A DNA stretch of 64,000 bases from Gammaproteobacteria bacterium (lineage in GTDB: Bacteria > Pseudomonadota > Gammaproteobacteria > Steroidobacterales > Rariloculaceae), in contig OY761822.1 of NCBI GenBank assembly GCA_963664945.1, forward strand, positions 661,732 through 725,731, written 5' to 3'. Position 1 is the first letter of the stretch. Each line of letters starts with the position of its first letter. The notes under the pieces are model-generated. The model made no database searches. It saw only the letters and a program-made list of their open reading frames with translations, and was not told the DNA's origin. Both the position numbers and the translations under genes were made by a program. This document shows, in pieces, positions 1 through 10,193 of this stretch.

Positions 1-1152
1 GCGCAGCACCCACATCTTCTGCAGCTCGTCCGCCTGCGTCAGGAGTTCTTCCTTCCGGGTGCCGGAGCGATTGATGTGAATCGACGGGAATACGCGTTTC
101 TCTGAAATCCGCCGGTCCAGATGGATTTCCATGTTGCCGGTGCCCTTGAACTCTTCGTAGATGACTTCGTCCATCTTCGACCCGGTGTCCACGAGCGCGG
201 TGGCGATGATTGTCAGGCTGCCGCCTTCCTCGATGTTTCGGGCCGCCCCGAAAAACCGCTTGGGACGCTGCAACGCATTGGCGTCCACGCCGCCGGTGAG
301 CACCTTGCCGGATGAGGGCACCACTGTATTGTAGGCACGCGCCAACCGGGTAATCGAATCCAGCAGGATCACCACGTCGCGCTTGTGCTCCGTGAGGCGC
401 TTGGCCTTCTCGATCACCATCTCGGCCACCTGTACGTGCCGTGTGGCCGGCTCGTCGAAGGTACTGGAAACCACCTCTCCCCTCACCGTGCGCTCCATCT
501 CGGTGACTTCCTCCGGCCGCTCGTCGATGAGCAGAACGATGAGGTCGCACTCCGGCTGGTTGGCGACGATGGAGGCGGCGATGTTCTGCAACAGCATGGT
601 CTTGCCGGCCTTGGGCGGCGAGACGATCAGCCCTCGCTGCCCCTTGCCGATGGGCGCGACCATGTCGATCACCCGCGCGGTCAGGTCTTCCGTGCTGCCG
701 TTGCCCTGCTCCAGTTTCAGCCGGTTCGTGGGGAACAACGGCGTCAGGTTCTCGAACAGCACCTTGCTTCTGGCGTTCTCCGGCGCGTCGTGATTGATCT
801 CCCCGACCCGCAACATCGCAAAATAGCGCTCGTTGTCCTTGGGCGGACGAATCAGGCCGGAGACGGTGTCCCCGGTGCGCAATGCCAGGCGGCGGATCTG
901 GCTCGGCGAAACGTAGATATCGTCGGGACCGGCCAGATAGGAGCTGTCGGACGAACGCAGGAAGCCGAATCCATCCTGCAATATCTCCAGAACCCCCTCA
1001 CCGTAGATGTTCTCGCCATTCCTGGCATGGGCCTTGAGGATGGAGAAAATCATGTCCTGCTTGCGGGAGCGGGCAAGGTTCTCCAAGCCCATGGAATGCG
1101 CCAGTTCCACGAGTTGCGATGCCGGCCGATCCTTCAGGTCGGAAAGCTTCAT
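1..1152 (-). CDS. rho: Transcription termination factor Rho (C-terminus runs off the window; start uncertain)
   Basis: Reverse translation gives [42 protein letters not shown]...[16 protein letters not shown]...[34 protein letters not shown] at 1152 gives E. coli-like length. The frame stays open upstream to a GAGGGG-ATAC-TTG at 1314. Confidence 0.9.
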   Translation of the reverse strand, partial: MKLSDLKDRPASQLVELAHSMGLENLARSRKQDMIFSILKAHARNGENIYGEGVLEILQDGFGFLRSSDSSYLAGPDDIYVSPSQIRRLALRTGDTVSGLIRPPKDNERYFAMLRVGEINHDAPENARSKVLFENLTPLFPTNRLKLEQGNGSTEDLTARVIDMVAPIGKGQRGLIVSPPKAGKTMLLQNIAASIVANQPECDLIVLLIDERPEEVTEMERTVRGEVVSSTFDEPATRHVQVAEMVIEKAKRLTEHKRDVVILLDSITRLARAYNTVVPSSGKVLTGGVDANALQRPKRFFGAARNIEEGGSLTIIATALVDTGSKMDEVIYEEFKGTGNMEIHLDRRISEKRVFPSIHINRSGTRKEELLTQADELQKMWVLR

Positions 1153-1354
1153 GGCGGTCTTCGTCTGCTCGAGCTCGGCAGCCGGGATCACGTCGAAATC
1201 GTCATCGTCCGGAAACTCGTCGCGGCGACGGCGGCGCGGCGGGCGTTTCTTGCCGTCGCCGTTGCGCTGATGCCGCGGACTGTTCTTCGAACGGGCTCGT
1301 CCTGGATTACCCAAGTATCCCCTCACAGATAGCTTTCCAAACTCTTGCCTATGA

Positions 1355-1693
1355 CTATGCGCCCACGTGCTGGTCGATGAACGCGGCCAGCCTGCCCCTG
1401 CCGACAGCACCGATCTGCTGCCCTTCAACCGAATCTCCCTTCATGAGAATCAACGTGGGAATGCTGCGAACGTTGTATTTCATGGGAGTTTGCGGATTCT
1501 CGTCGATATTGACCTTCACCACCTTCAGGCGATCCTTGTATTCCTCCGCTATTGCATCCAGCGTAGGCGCGATCATCTTGCAAGGTCCGCACCATTCCGC
1601 CCAGAAGTCAATCAACACGGGACGCTCCGAATTGAGCACATCTTCTTCAAAGCTGCCGTCCGTCGTATGGAAGACATTTTCGCTCACCTGCAT
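1355..1693 (-). CDS. trxA: Thioredoxin
   Basis: 112 aa with the WCGPCK active site. Sits directly upstream of rho, as in Gammaproteobacteria. Confidence 0.95.
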   Translation of the reverse strand: MQVSENVFHTTDGSFEEDVLNSERPVLIDFWAEWCGPCKMIAPTLDAIAEEYKDRLKVVKVNIDENPQTPMKYNVRSIPTLILMKGDSVEGQQIGAVGRGRLAAFIDQHVGA

Positions 1694-1908
1694 GATCCTC
1701 CGATCTTCCTGTTTCCTGTGATTCCACCTGCCGAACGGGGTAGCCCTATAGCGCGAGAACGCTCGGTTTAAGTGACGCCGCCCGCCCCATCAGGCAAAAT
1801 GCCGCTACCTAAAGCTTCCTTGCGACAGTCGTTGGGAACGTAACGGGTATCCGGGAAGGCGAGTTCGCTCGCCCTGTAACCGCTATTCTGAACCCTTGAG
1901 AATGTAAT

Positions 1909-3216
1909 TTGCAAGTCCTTCCCTTGGAGTCGGATGCACCGACCGCTTCGGACCATCATCTGACCGAGGTTCCGTTTACTGCCCTGCCGCTGCCCGAGAA
2001 GGTGCGGGCGGGCATCGCCGATGCGGGCTTCACGCGCTGCACGCCGATACAGGAGCAAACCCTGCCGCTCGCCCTCGCCGGCGGGGATGTCGCCGGACAG
2101 GCGCAGACAGGCACCGGCAAGACGGCCGCCTACCTGGTGGCGTTGTACACCCGGCTTCACGACAGCAAACCGATCGGCACGCAGCACCACGGCCCCAGGG
2201 CGCTGATCCTCGCCCCGACCCGGGAGTTGGCGGTGCAGATCCATGCCGATGCCGAACTGTTGGGCAAGCACCTCCCATACAGGCTGCGCCTGGCCTTCGG
2301 CGGAACCGACTACGAAAAACAGCGCCGTCAACTTGCCGAGGGCGTCGATGTTCTGGTCGGGACACCGGGGCGGATCATCGACTACTTCAAGCAGCGTGTA
2401 TTTTCCTTCAGGCGCGTCCAGGTGATGGTGCTCGACGAGGCCGACCGGATGTTCGACCTGGGCTTCATCAGGGATATTCGCTTCGTGCTCCGGCGCCTCC
2501 CCCCGAGCGAAAAGCGCCTCAACCTGCTTTTCTCCGCAACGCTCTCGCACCGTGTACTGGAACTTGCCTACGAGCACATGAACGATCCGCAACTGGTGCG
2601 CATCGAGCCGGAGAAAGTCACCGTCGACAGCGTCCGGCAGAGCATCTACTTCCCCGCCAACGACGAAAAGATTCCGCTGCTGCTGACGCTGCTGAAGCAA
2701 ATGGACGCGCGTCGAACCATGGTTTTCGTCAACACCCGGCGAGAAGCGGATCGACTGGGCCGGTATCTGGAACACAACGGGGTCAACGCGAAAGCGATCT
2801 CCGGCGACGTCCCGCAGAAAAAACGCCTCCGGATGTTCAGCGATTTCCTGTCCGGGAAACTCGCGGTGCTGATCGGCACCGACGTGGCATCCCGTGGACT
2901 GCACGTACCCGACGTGAGCCATGTGTTCAACTTCGACCTGCCCCAGGACGCCGAAGACTACGTGCACCGGATCGGCCGCACGGCCCGGGCCGGCGCGTCC
3001 GGCGACGCGATCAGTTTCGGCTGCGAGAGTTACGCCGCGTCACTTCCCGACATCGAAACGCTGATCGGCCGCAAGATTCCCGTTGAGCGGATCGACCCCG
3101 ACGCCCTGGTCGCGGTCATGCACCCGCCCCGCCGACCGCGTCGACCGCCGCCCGGCCGCGGCGGAAAGCCGTCTCGCAGGAGCCCCCGGTCCGGCAAACG
3201 GCGCAGGAAGCGCTGA
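1909..3216 (+). CDS. rhlB: DEAD-box ATP-dependent RNA helicase RhlB-like
   Basis: Motifs AQTGTGKT, PTRELA, VLDEADRM, SAT, HRIGRTARAG and a basic C-terminal tail. Divergent from trxA. TTG start is uncertain. Confidence 0.85.
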   Translation: MQVLPLESDAPTASDHHLTEVPFTALPLPEKVRAGIADAGFTRCTPIQEQTLPLALAGGDVAGQAQTGTGKTAAYLVALYTRLHDSKPIGTQHHGPRALILAPTRELAVQIHADAELLGKHLPYRLRLAFGGTDYEKQRRQLAEGVDVLVGTPGRIIDYFKQRVFSFRRVQVMVLDEADRMFDLGFIRDIRFVLRRLPPSEKRLNLLFSATLSHRVLELAYEHMNDPQLVRIEPEKVTVDSVRQSIYFPANDEKIPLLLTLLKQMDARRTMVFVNTRREADRLGRYLEHNGVNAKAISGDVPQKKRLRMFSDFLSGKLAVLIGTDVASRGLHVPDVSHVFNFDLPQDAEDYVHRIGRTARAGASGDAISFGCESYAASLPDIETLIGRKIPVERIDPDALVAVMHPPRRPRRPPPGRGGKPSRRSPRSGKRRRKR

Positions 3217-3283
3217 TCCCGGGCTTGCATGGAAAGACTCATCTCGCTGCGCGTCAGCGCACCGGCGACCGGAGCGAAGACTA

Positions 3284-3988
3284 TCAGGACTCCAGCAACT
3301 CGTGGACGCCGTCTACCGACCTGAAACCGTCGATCTGCCGCGGCGGGTGCCTCGAGTCGGGGCTCCGAATGGCGACGGTGGCCGCCAGACCGTACTCGGC
3401 TGCCGCCTGCAGTACGGGCACGCTGTCCTCGACAAGCAGCGTGCGATCCGGATCGAAGGGTTTCTCGGAATGGAACCGATGCCAGAACAGGCGCGTCTCC
3501 TTGGGCGCAAGAAAATTATGGGAGCTGACCATTTCGTGGACATGTGCGTCGAGGCCGGTCTCGGCGACCTTCAGCGCCAGCGTGTACGGATGCGCGTTGG
3601 TGACCAGCAGAACGCGCTTGCCCGTTGCGCGCAGCCATGCGAGAAACTCCGTCGCGCCGGGCAAGTAACAAACACGGTGGCGCTGGGTTCGCTTCAGGGC
3701 ACGGATGTCCAGGTCCAGGGCTTCGCTCCAGTGATCGATGCAGTACCAGGCGAGCCGGCCTTCGATCGAGCGGTAACGGTCCAGCAATGTCGAGCGTGCA
3801 TCCTGCTCGCGCATACCGCGCACTTGTGCATAATGCGCCGGAATGAATTCCATCCAGAAGTAATTGTCGAACGCAAGGTCAAGCAGCGTGCCGTCCATGT
3901 CAAGCAGGACCGTGTCCACACCGTCCCAGGCGACCACCGGATCGTTGTTTTGCTGGGATGTGATGGAGGACGCCGACATTGACGGCAT
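3284..3988 (-). CDS. HAD-superfamily hydrolase (YrfG-like nucleotidase type)
   Basis: LLDMDGTLLD motif I and LLVTNAH motif. Internal Met MPSMSASS was chosen; the longer ORF overlaps cysQ. Confidence 0.7.
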   Translation of the reverse strand: MPSMSASSITSQQNNDPVVAWDGVDTVLLDMDGTLLDLAFDNYFWMEFIPAHYAQVRGMREQDARSTLLDRYRSIEGRLAWYCIDHWSEALDLDIRALKRTQRHRVCYLPGATEFLAWLRATGKRVLLVTNAHPYTLALKVAETGLDAHVHEMVSSHNFLAPKETRLFWHRFHSEKPFDPDRTLLVEDSVPVLQAAAEYGLAATVAIRSPDSRHPPRQIDGFRSVDGVHELLES

Positions 3989-4018
3989 GATGATACTCAA
4001 ACCCGGGACGCGGCGGGC

Positions 4019-4819
4019 ATGAATTTTTCGGCAATTCTTCCGGAAATCCGGGCGATCGCCCGGACGGCGGGCGATGCGATCATGGCGGTCTACGCACGCG
4101 ACTTCAGCGTGGAACTGAAGGATGATCGATCGCCGGTCACCGAAGCCGACCGCGCGGCCGACGGCATCATTTGCTCCGCTCTCGAAAAACTGCGTCCTGC
4201 GCTTCCGGTGCTGTCGGAGGAATCCGCGATCACCGCGTGGGAGGAGCGGCGGCGGTGGAATCGTTACTGGCTGGTGGACCCGCTGGACGGAACGAAGGAA
4301 TTCGTCAAGGGGAACGGTGAGTTCACGGTCAACATCGCACTGGTGGAGAACCACAGGGCCGTGCTCGGCGTCGTCCTCGCGCCGGCCTTGAACCTGGAGT
4401 TCTCAGGCCTGTGCGGCAGCGGCGCCTGGCGCCGCGACGCCGATGGACCGCAGGTACCGGCGAGCGCTTCTCGAACACGGACGAACCCGCTCCGGGTCAT
4501 GGGCAGCCGAAGCCACCCCGGACCCGGGTTGTCAGCGTTCCTTGCGCGACTCGGCCCGTACGAACTCAATCCCATGGGCAGTTCGCTCAAGGTCTGCATG
4601 GTCGCCGATGGCCAGGCCGACATCTACCCCCGCCTGGGACCCACCTCGGAGTGGGATACCGCGGCCGCACAGGCTATCATCGAGAGTGCAGGTGGGGGTA
4701 TGATTGACCTTGCGGGCCAGCCGCTCAGGTACAACACGAAGGATCGTCTTTTGAATCCTCATTTTCTGGCGGTCGGAGACCTCGGGCGGGACTGGCTCAG
4801 CGCGGTGCACAAAAGTTGA
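4019..4819 (+). CDS. cysQ: 3'(2'),5'-bisphosphate nucleotidase CysQ
   Basis: Inositol monophosphatase fold motifs: SPVTEADR, WLVDPLDGTKEF, WDTAAAQAI. Confidence 0.8.
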   Translation: MNFSAILPEIRAIARTAGDAIMAVYARDFSVELKDDRSPVTEADRAADGIICSALEKLRPALPVLSEESAITAWEERRRWNRYWLVDPLDGTKEFVKGNGEFTVNIALVENHRAVLGVVLAPALNLEFSGLCGSGAWRRDADGPQVPASASRTRTNPLRVMGSRSHPGPGLSAFLARLGPYELNPMGSSLKVCMVADGQADIYPRLGPTSEWDTAAAQAIIESAGGGMIDLAGQPLRYNTKDRLLNPHFLAVGDLGRDWLSAVHKS

Positions 4820-4822
4820 GTA

Positions 4823-5038
4823 GTGGCAGACAAAATAGAAACTGACGCATTCAAGAACGTGGCGCGACTGAAGCAGTTGCGAATAGAGCACCAGGACCTG
4901 GACCAGGTAGTCTCCCGGTTAGCTGACGATCCCTATGTCGACCAGATCATGTTGCGGCGCCTGAAGAAGCGCAAGCTCATGATCAAGGACATGATCACGC
5001 ACCTGGAGAGTTCCCGGATCCCGGACCTGAACGCCTGA
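4823..5038 (+). CDS. DUF465 (YdcH-like) small protein
   Basis: 71 aa with the pattern H..LD..V..L......D...L.RLKK.KL..KD.I. Confidence 0.7.
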   Translation: MADKIETDAFKNVARLKQLRIEHQDLDQVVSRLADDPYVDQIMLRRLKKRKLMIKDMITHLESSRIPDLNA

Positions 5039-5201
5039 TCCAGGCGGAATCGTGCCACGAGGCTTCGTCGCCCGGGCGGCGAGGTTTGTCATATAGTGAC
5101 TGCAGCGGCAAACGCCCATGCTGGCCAGCCCATGCTGGCCAGTCGGCGCGAAGTTGCCAGTTTGACCCGCACGGGTCATCGATGCGGGTTAGAATCGCCG
5201 C

Positions 5202-6137
5202 GTGAACCTGATTGCGGATATTGGTGCCACGCAGACGCGCTGCGCCGTGATCGACGGCAACGGCGGAATCCAGGCCGCCGAAGTCTTCCAGAATCGCCAC
5301 TTCAACAGCCTCCAGGAACTCTTGCGCGGGTATCTGGACCGGTGTAGTGACCGTCCCGATTCCGCTGCCCTGGCTGTTGCTGCACCCCTGCTCGAAGATG
5401 AAGTGCGCATGCCCAACCTCGACTGGCGATTCTCCCGGGTATCGCTCGTGGGCGAACTCAAACTGCGGGAACTCGTCGTGGTTAACGACTTCGCGGCCGT
5501 GGCCTGGGCATTACCGTCTCTCACCGCGGCAGACCTGCGCAAGATCGGCGGCGGCGCTCCGGTGGCTGGTACGGCGATTGCCACGCTGGGCCCGGGGTCC
5601 GGCCTTGGAGTTGCCGCCGTGGCGCCGTGCGGGAACGAGTGGGCAGTGGTCGAGGGTGAGGGAGGCAACATCACGTTTTGCGGCGTCACCCGGGAACAGC
5701 AGGCGGTAGCCGAACATATCCAGGCGCAACACGGGCACTGTTCGGCGGAAAGCTTCCTGTCCGGCCCCGGCCTGGCCAATATATATGTGGCTCTGGCCGC
5801 TCAACAGGGCCTTGACATCACCCGCCCCAGCCCGGCGCAGGTCAGCGAGGCCGCGGCGCACGGCGAGGCGCTGGCCGGCGAGGCACGCGACATGTTCTTC
5901 GAGGTACTCGGTGCCGTTGCGGGCAACCTGGCGCTGACCGTCGGAGCCAGAGGCGGCGTGTTCATCGCCGGCGGCATCGCGCCCCAATTGCTCGAGCCGC
6001 TGGAACGATCACGCTTCCGGGCGTGCTTCGAAGCCAAGGGCCGCTATCGCTTCTACGTGGAAGCCATTCCCACTTACGTCATCACCGAACCCTACCCGGC
6101 CTTTCGGGGACTGCACAGGCTCCTGGGATACCGCTGA
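5202..6137 (+). CDS. glk: Glucokinase
   Basis: N-terminal LIADIGATQTRCAV, AVAAPL, GPGSGLGVA, FIAGGIAPQL. GTG start. Confidence 0.8.
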   Translation: MNLIADIGATQTRCAVIDGNGGIQAAEVFQNRHFNSLQELLRGYLDRCSDRPDSAALAVAAPLLEDEVRMPNLDWRFSRVSLVGELKLRELVVVNDFAAVAWALPSLTAADLRKIGGGAPVAGTAIATLGPGSGLGVAAVAPCGNEWAVVEGEGGNITFCGVTREQQAVAEHIQAQHGHCSAESFLSGPGLANIYVALAAQQGLDITRPSPAQVSEAAAHGEALAGEARDMFFEVLGAVAGNLALTVGARGGVFIAGGIAPQLLEPLERSRFRACFEAKGRYRFYVEAIPTYVITEPYPAFRGLHRLLGYR

Positions 6138-6189
6138 GCGAGGGCCTGGAGACGACCGGGCACGCCTCGCCGTCCTCGTCGGCACCCGT

Positions 6190-7773
6190 TCAGGTCGCCG
6201 CCTGACGTTGCGGCACCGCGGCGATCGCATCGCCCTCGGCGACATCGGCCCCAGCCGTCCTGCCGAAGACCCGGCCGAGATAGACGCCCGCGGCGCCCCA
6301 GACCGCTGCGATACCCGCGCCGATGGCGGCCATGGCCGCGATGCCGAGCCCAATTCCGTCGGTCAGGCCGGCGAAGACGATGCTGCTTGCCGCGTCGCCG
6401 CCACGATAGACCGCGACGTCGATCACCGGTTTCGCCTTGAACCGCGTCTCGCGGTCGACGTTCGTGAACAGCATCTCGCGTGCGGGCCGGGTGATGCCGT
6501 AGTTGCCTGCCTGCCGCGAGACCTGCAGTGCCAGCAGAACCGTTAGAATCGGCGCGAACGCGAGGATCAGCAGTCCTGCGCAGATGAAGAAGGGCACGAG
6601 CGCGAGCGTTGTCGACATGCCGAATCTCGTGACGATCCGGCTGGTCGCAAAGAGACCGAGACCGAAGGTGAGCAGATTCACAACAAAGGCGAGGCCCGCG
6701 AGGATTTCGGTTCGCTGCTCGCGGGTGAATTCCCTCAGCAGATCCGTCTGCTGGAAGTAGACGAACGAGCCGATCGTCGTGTAAAGCAGGATGAACGCGC
6801 CGATCGCAAGCAGGTAGGGATTAGTGAAGAAGGTCTTGAAGCCAGCGAGCGGATTGCCGCCGATCTTTGCGGCGCTGAGATCCGTGGAGACATCCTCGTT
6901 GTGCAGGTCAACGCGCTTCAGACGCTGCAGGTAGAGCGCCAGGGGGATCGCGACCAGCAGCATCGCCGAGGCCAGCAGCATGAGGTTGTCGGTCCCGATG
7001 TCGGATACCAACTGGTTCGCAACCAGCGGCCCCGCCGCTGCGCCGGCGCTGGCGCCTGCGGCGATGAACGCGAACACGCGGCGCGACTGTTCCTTGCTGA
7101 ACGTGTCGGCCATGAAGCTCCAGAAGACCGAGACGTGAAACAGGCTGAAGAGGCTGACCCAAAGGTAGAAACTCTTGTCCAGCAAGATGCGGTCGGTTAC
7201 GGGACCTCGGGTCACGGCCTCGATAAATGCCGCCAGGCCGCCATCGAACGCTACCCCGCTGGCGACGAAACCCGAACCGAGATAGAACCCGCAGAACGTC
7301 AACGCGAAGAAGATGTAGACGGCGGGGACGAGCAGCCTGAAGCGCACGTGGGAGCAGGCAAGCCCATACAGGGCGACGACGGCCGTGCTCAACACCAGCT
7401 GTATGTTCCAGAGAACGCTGATCTCGGTGTTCGACCAGTCGCTCGCCATCGCGTCGCGCACGGGTCTCAGGATGTAGTAGGCCGCCATGAGGATGAACAC
7501 GAACGAGAACGAGATAACGACCGTTCTGATTTCGTTCGGCTCGATCATTGTCGCCGCCTTGACGAGCCGCGGCGCCATGAATATCCGAACGATCAGTGCA
7601 AGGGCGGCGAGCGTCCCGAGCAGCCCCAGGTTCGACAGGTCGAGCACGCTCCACAGCGGTTGGCCCTGCACCACGCCGGCAATCCTCGATATGACGAATA
7701 TGGCGATGACGAGCCAGCAGGCCATCTTGATCCAGTCGCTGGACGATCGTTCGGCAAGAGACCCTGTTGTCAT
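6190..7773 (-). CDS. Multi-pass membrane transporter (MFS / TLC nucleotide-transporter-like)
   Basis: About 12 hydrophobic segments and a YYILRPVRDAMA motif typical of ATP/ADP-translocase-like MFS proteins. Met29 chosen because GGGAG lies upstream. Confidence 0.6.
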   Translation of the reverse strand: MTTGSLAERSSSDWIKMACWLVIAIFVISRIAGVVQGQPLWSVLDLSNLGLLGTLAALALIVRIFMAPRLVKAATMIEPNEIRTVVISFSFVFILMAAYYILRPVRDAMASDWSNTEISVLWNIQLVLSTAVVALYGLACSHVRFRLLVPAVYIFFALTFCGFYLGSGFVASGVAFDGGLAAFIEAVTRGPVTDRILLDKSFYLWVSLFSLFHVSVFWSFMADTFSKEQSRRVFAFIAAGASAGAAAGPLVANQLVSDIGTDNLMLLASAMLLVAIPLALYLQRLKRVDLHNEDVSTDLSAAKIGGNPLAGFKTFFTNPYLLAIGAFILLYTTIGSFVYFQQTDLLREFTREQRTEILAGLAFVVNLLTFGLGLFATSRIVTRFGMSTTLALVPFFICAGLLILAFAPILTVLLALQVSRQAGNYGITRPAREMLFTNVDRETRFKAKPVIDVAVYRGGDAASSIVFAGLTDGIGLGIAAMAAIGAGIAAVWGAAGVYLGRVFGRTAGADVAEGDAIAAVPQRQAAT

Positions 7774-8033
7774 CGCGTACTCCCGATTCAAAGCGAGGCG
7801 TCGGCAAGCCGACGTCCCGGTTGCGCAGCAGCCGCCCCGCATTGGCCGGCCAGTCATCGGCAGACCGGTTGAATCCAGAATACTACCCGAAAAAGCCGGC
7901 TACGATGGCGGGGCTGGACGAACCCCCGGGGCAGCGGTGGCGGGCGGGCCCGGCGCCACGAGGCGGCACGGGCGTCGACTCGCAATCCAATGTGTTATAG
8001 ATTCCGCATTCCGCATGAAACCAAGAGACGCCC

Positions 8034-10088
8034 GTGGCCGCATCGCACAGCACCGAACAAATACGAAATATCGCCATTGTCGGACACGCCGGTTCCGGCA
8101 AGACGACCCTGATCGAAGCCCTGCTGAAACAGGCAGGCGCCATCCGGTCCGCCGGTTCCGTGGAAAAGGGATCGACGGTCTGCGATTTCACCGATCATGA
8201 GAAACGGCTCGGGCATTCGCTGGACACGGCGGTCGCGCACCTGGAACACGACGGCCGCCGCGTCTACCTCCTGGACAGCCCGGGCTATCCCGACTTCATG
8301 GGCCGGGCGCTCGGCGCGCTGCCCGCGGCGGAAACCGCCGCGATCGTGGTCAGCGGACAGGCGGGGGTCGAACTGCTCACCCAGCGGATGATGGAGTCCG
8401 CCTCCGGGAACAAGCTCTGCCGGCTGATCATCATCAACAAGATCGACGCGCCGGACGCGGATCTGCAAGGTGTTCTGGCGGAGATCGTCGAGACTTTCGG
8501 CCGGCGCTGCCTTCCGGTCAATCTGCCGGCCAACGGCGGCACGACCGTTGCCGATTGTTTCTTCGAGCCGGCCGACGCGACCCCCGATTTCTCCTCCGTC
8601 GACGAAGCCCATACCCAGATTGTCGACCAGGTCGTCGAACTGGACGACGACCTCATGGAACAGTACCTGGAGGGCGAGGACATCTCCCTGGAACAGCTTC
8701 ACGACCCCTTCGAGCGGGCGCTGCGGCGCGGCCACCTGATTCCGGTCTGCTTCGTATCGGCCCAGACCGGCGCCGGCCTGAACCAGTTGCTCCGGGTGTT
8801 TGCCGAGCTCATGCCTAGCCCGCTGGAGGGCAACCCCCCGGAATTCATCTCCGGCGACGGCGAATCGGCGAAGCCATACAAGATTGACCTCACGAATGCG
8901 CAGGGACACTTTCTCGGCCACGTATTCAAGATCAACGTCGATCCCTACGTGGGCCGCCTGGCCACGTTTCGGGTTCACCAGGGCGAAGTCAAGACCGGCG
9001 AACTGGTTTACATCGGCGAGCAGCGCAAGGGAGTGAAGCTGGCGCACATCTACCGGGTCCAGGGCAAGGACCTGGAGGAAATTCCCGTGGCCGTCGCGGG
9101 CGACATCTGCGCGGTCTCCAAGATCGAGGACATCGGCTTCGACGACGTGCTGCATTCGAGTCATGACGAGGACGATCTGCGCCTGCGTCCGGTGGCCATA
9201 CCGGCGCCCATGTACGGCGTGGCGGTGGAGCTGACCCAGCGCGGGCAGGAAAAGAAACTCTCCGATGCGCTGCACAAGGTGACCGCCGAGGATCCGAGCC
9301 TGCAGATCGAATTCAACGCCCAGGCCAACGAAACCGTCCTGCGCGGCATGGGCGAATTGCATCTGCGCGTCGTGATGCAGCGCATCAAGGACGAATTCGG
9401 CATCGACATCTCCACGCGGCCGCCGAAGATCGCCTACCGGGAGACGGTCCTGCTCCCGGCCGAAGGCCACCATCGGCACAAGAAACAGACCGGCGGCGCG
9501 GGACAGTTCGGTGAAGTCTTCCTCAAGATCGAACCGCTGCCGCGGGGCGGCGGCTACGAGTTCTCGAACAAGGTGGTCGGTGGCTCGATACCCGGCCAGT
9601 TCATCCCCGCGGTGGAGAAAGGCGTCAAGCAGGTGCTCGAGGAAGGCGCGGTCGCCGGGTACCCGTTGCAGGACGTGAAGGTGATCGTCTACGACGGCAA
9701 GCACCATCCGGTGGATTCCAAGGAGGTCGCCTTTGTCGCCGCGGGCAAGCGCGCCTTCGTCAACGCCATCACCAAGGCGCGTCCGATCGTGCTCGAACCC
9801 ATCGTCAGGATCGAGGTCACCACGCCGAGCACGTCGGTGGGCGACATCACGGGCCATCTTTCGGGGATACGCGGGCGCATTGCGGGCAGCGACTCGGTCG
9901 CCGGAAACCGGGTCAAGATCTCCGCCCGGGTACCGCTGGCCGAACTGGGCGATTATCAGACCACGCTCAAGTCGCTGACAGGCGGCGAAGGCATGTTCAC
10001 GATGGAATTCGACCACTACGAAACGGTGCCGCAGCCGGTGCAGAAGGAGCTGGAAAGAAACTTCCGGTCCGACGCGGAGGATTCATAG
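8034..10088 (+). CDS. Elongation factor G paralogue (EF-G2-like GTPase)
   Basis: IAIVGHAGSGKTTL, DSPGYPDF, NKID. Domain IV/V-like C-terminus (HPVDS, ELGDYQTTL). Not in a str operon context. Confidence 0.85.
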   Translation: MAASHSTEQIRNIAIVGHAGSGKTTLIEALLKQAGAIRSAGSVEKGSTVCDFTDHEKRLGHSLDTAVAHLEHDGRRVYLLDSPGYPDFMGRALGALPAAETAAIVVSGQAGVELLTQRMMESASGNKLCRLIIINKIDAPDADLQGVLAEIVETFGRRCLPVNLPANGGTTVADCFFEPADATPDFSSVDEAHTQIVDQVVELDDDLMEQYLEGEDISLEQLHDPFERALRRGHLIPVCFVSAQTGAGLNQLLRVFAELMPSPLEGNPPEFISGDGESAKPYKIDLTNAQGHFLGHVFKINVDPYVGRLATFRVHQGEVKTGELVYIGEQRKGVKLAHIYRVQGKDLEEIPVAVAGDICAVSKIEDIGFDDVLHSSHDEDDLRLRPVAIPAPMYGVAVELTQRGQEKKLSDALHKVTAEDPSLQIEFNAQANETVLRGMGELHLRVVMQRIKDEFGIDISTRPPKIAYRETVLLPAEGHHRHKKQTGGAGQFGEVFLKIEPLPRGGGYEFSNKVVGGSIPGQFIPAVEKGVKQVLEEGAVAGYPLQDVKVIVYDGKHHPVDSKEVAFVAAGKRAFVNAITKARPIVLEPIVRIEVTTPSTSVGDITGHLSGIRGRIAGSDSVAGNRVKISARVPLAELGDYQTTLKSLTGGEGMFTMEFDHYETVPQPVQKELERNFRSDAEDS

Positions 10089-10193
10089 GAGCATTGGAAC
10101 CAGGCGCCCGGCAACCCGTGGCGAAAGCTCGCGTCGCCCGTCGATCCCCGCTTGCGGCCGCGGACAGGTTAACGGCCGCGGACCCTGTTTCCA

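Noticed and set aside
1768-2967. 399-aa minus-strand ORF
   Set aside because: Antisense to rhlB, which has a full set of DEAD-box motifs.
7995-10016. 673-aa minus-strand ORF
   Set aside because: Antisense shadow of the EF-G paralogue, with no recognisable domains.
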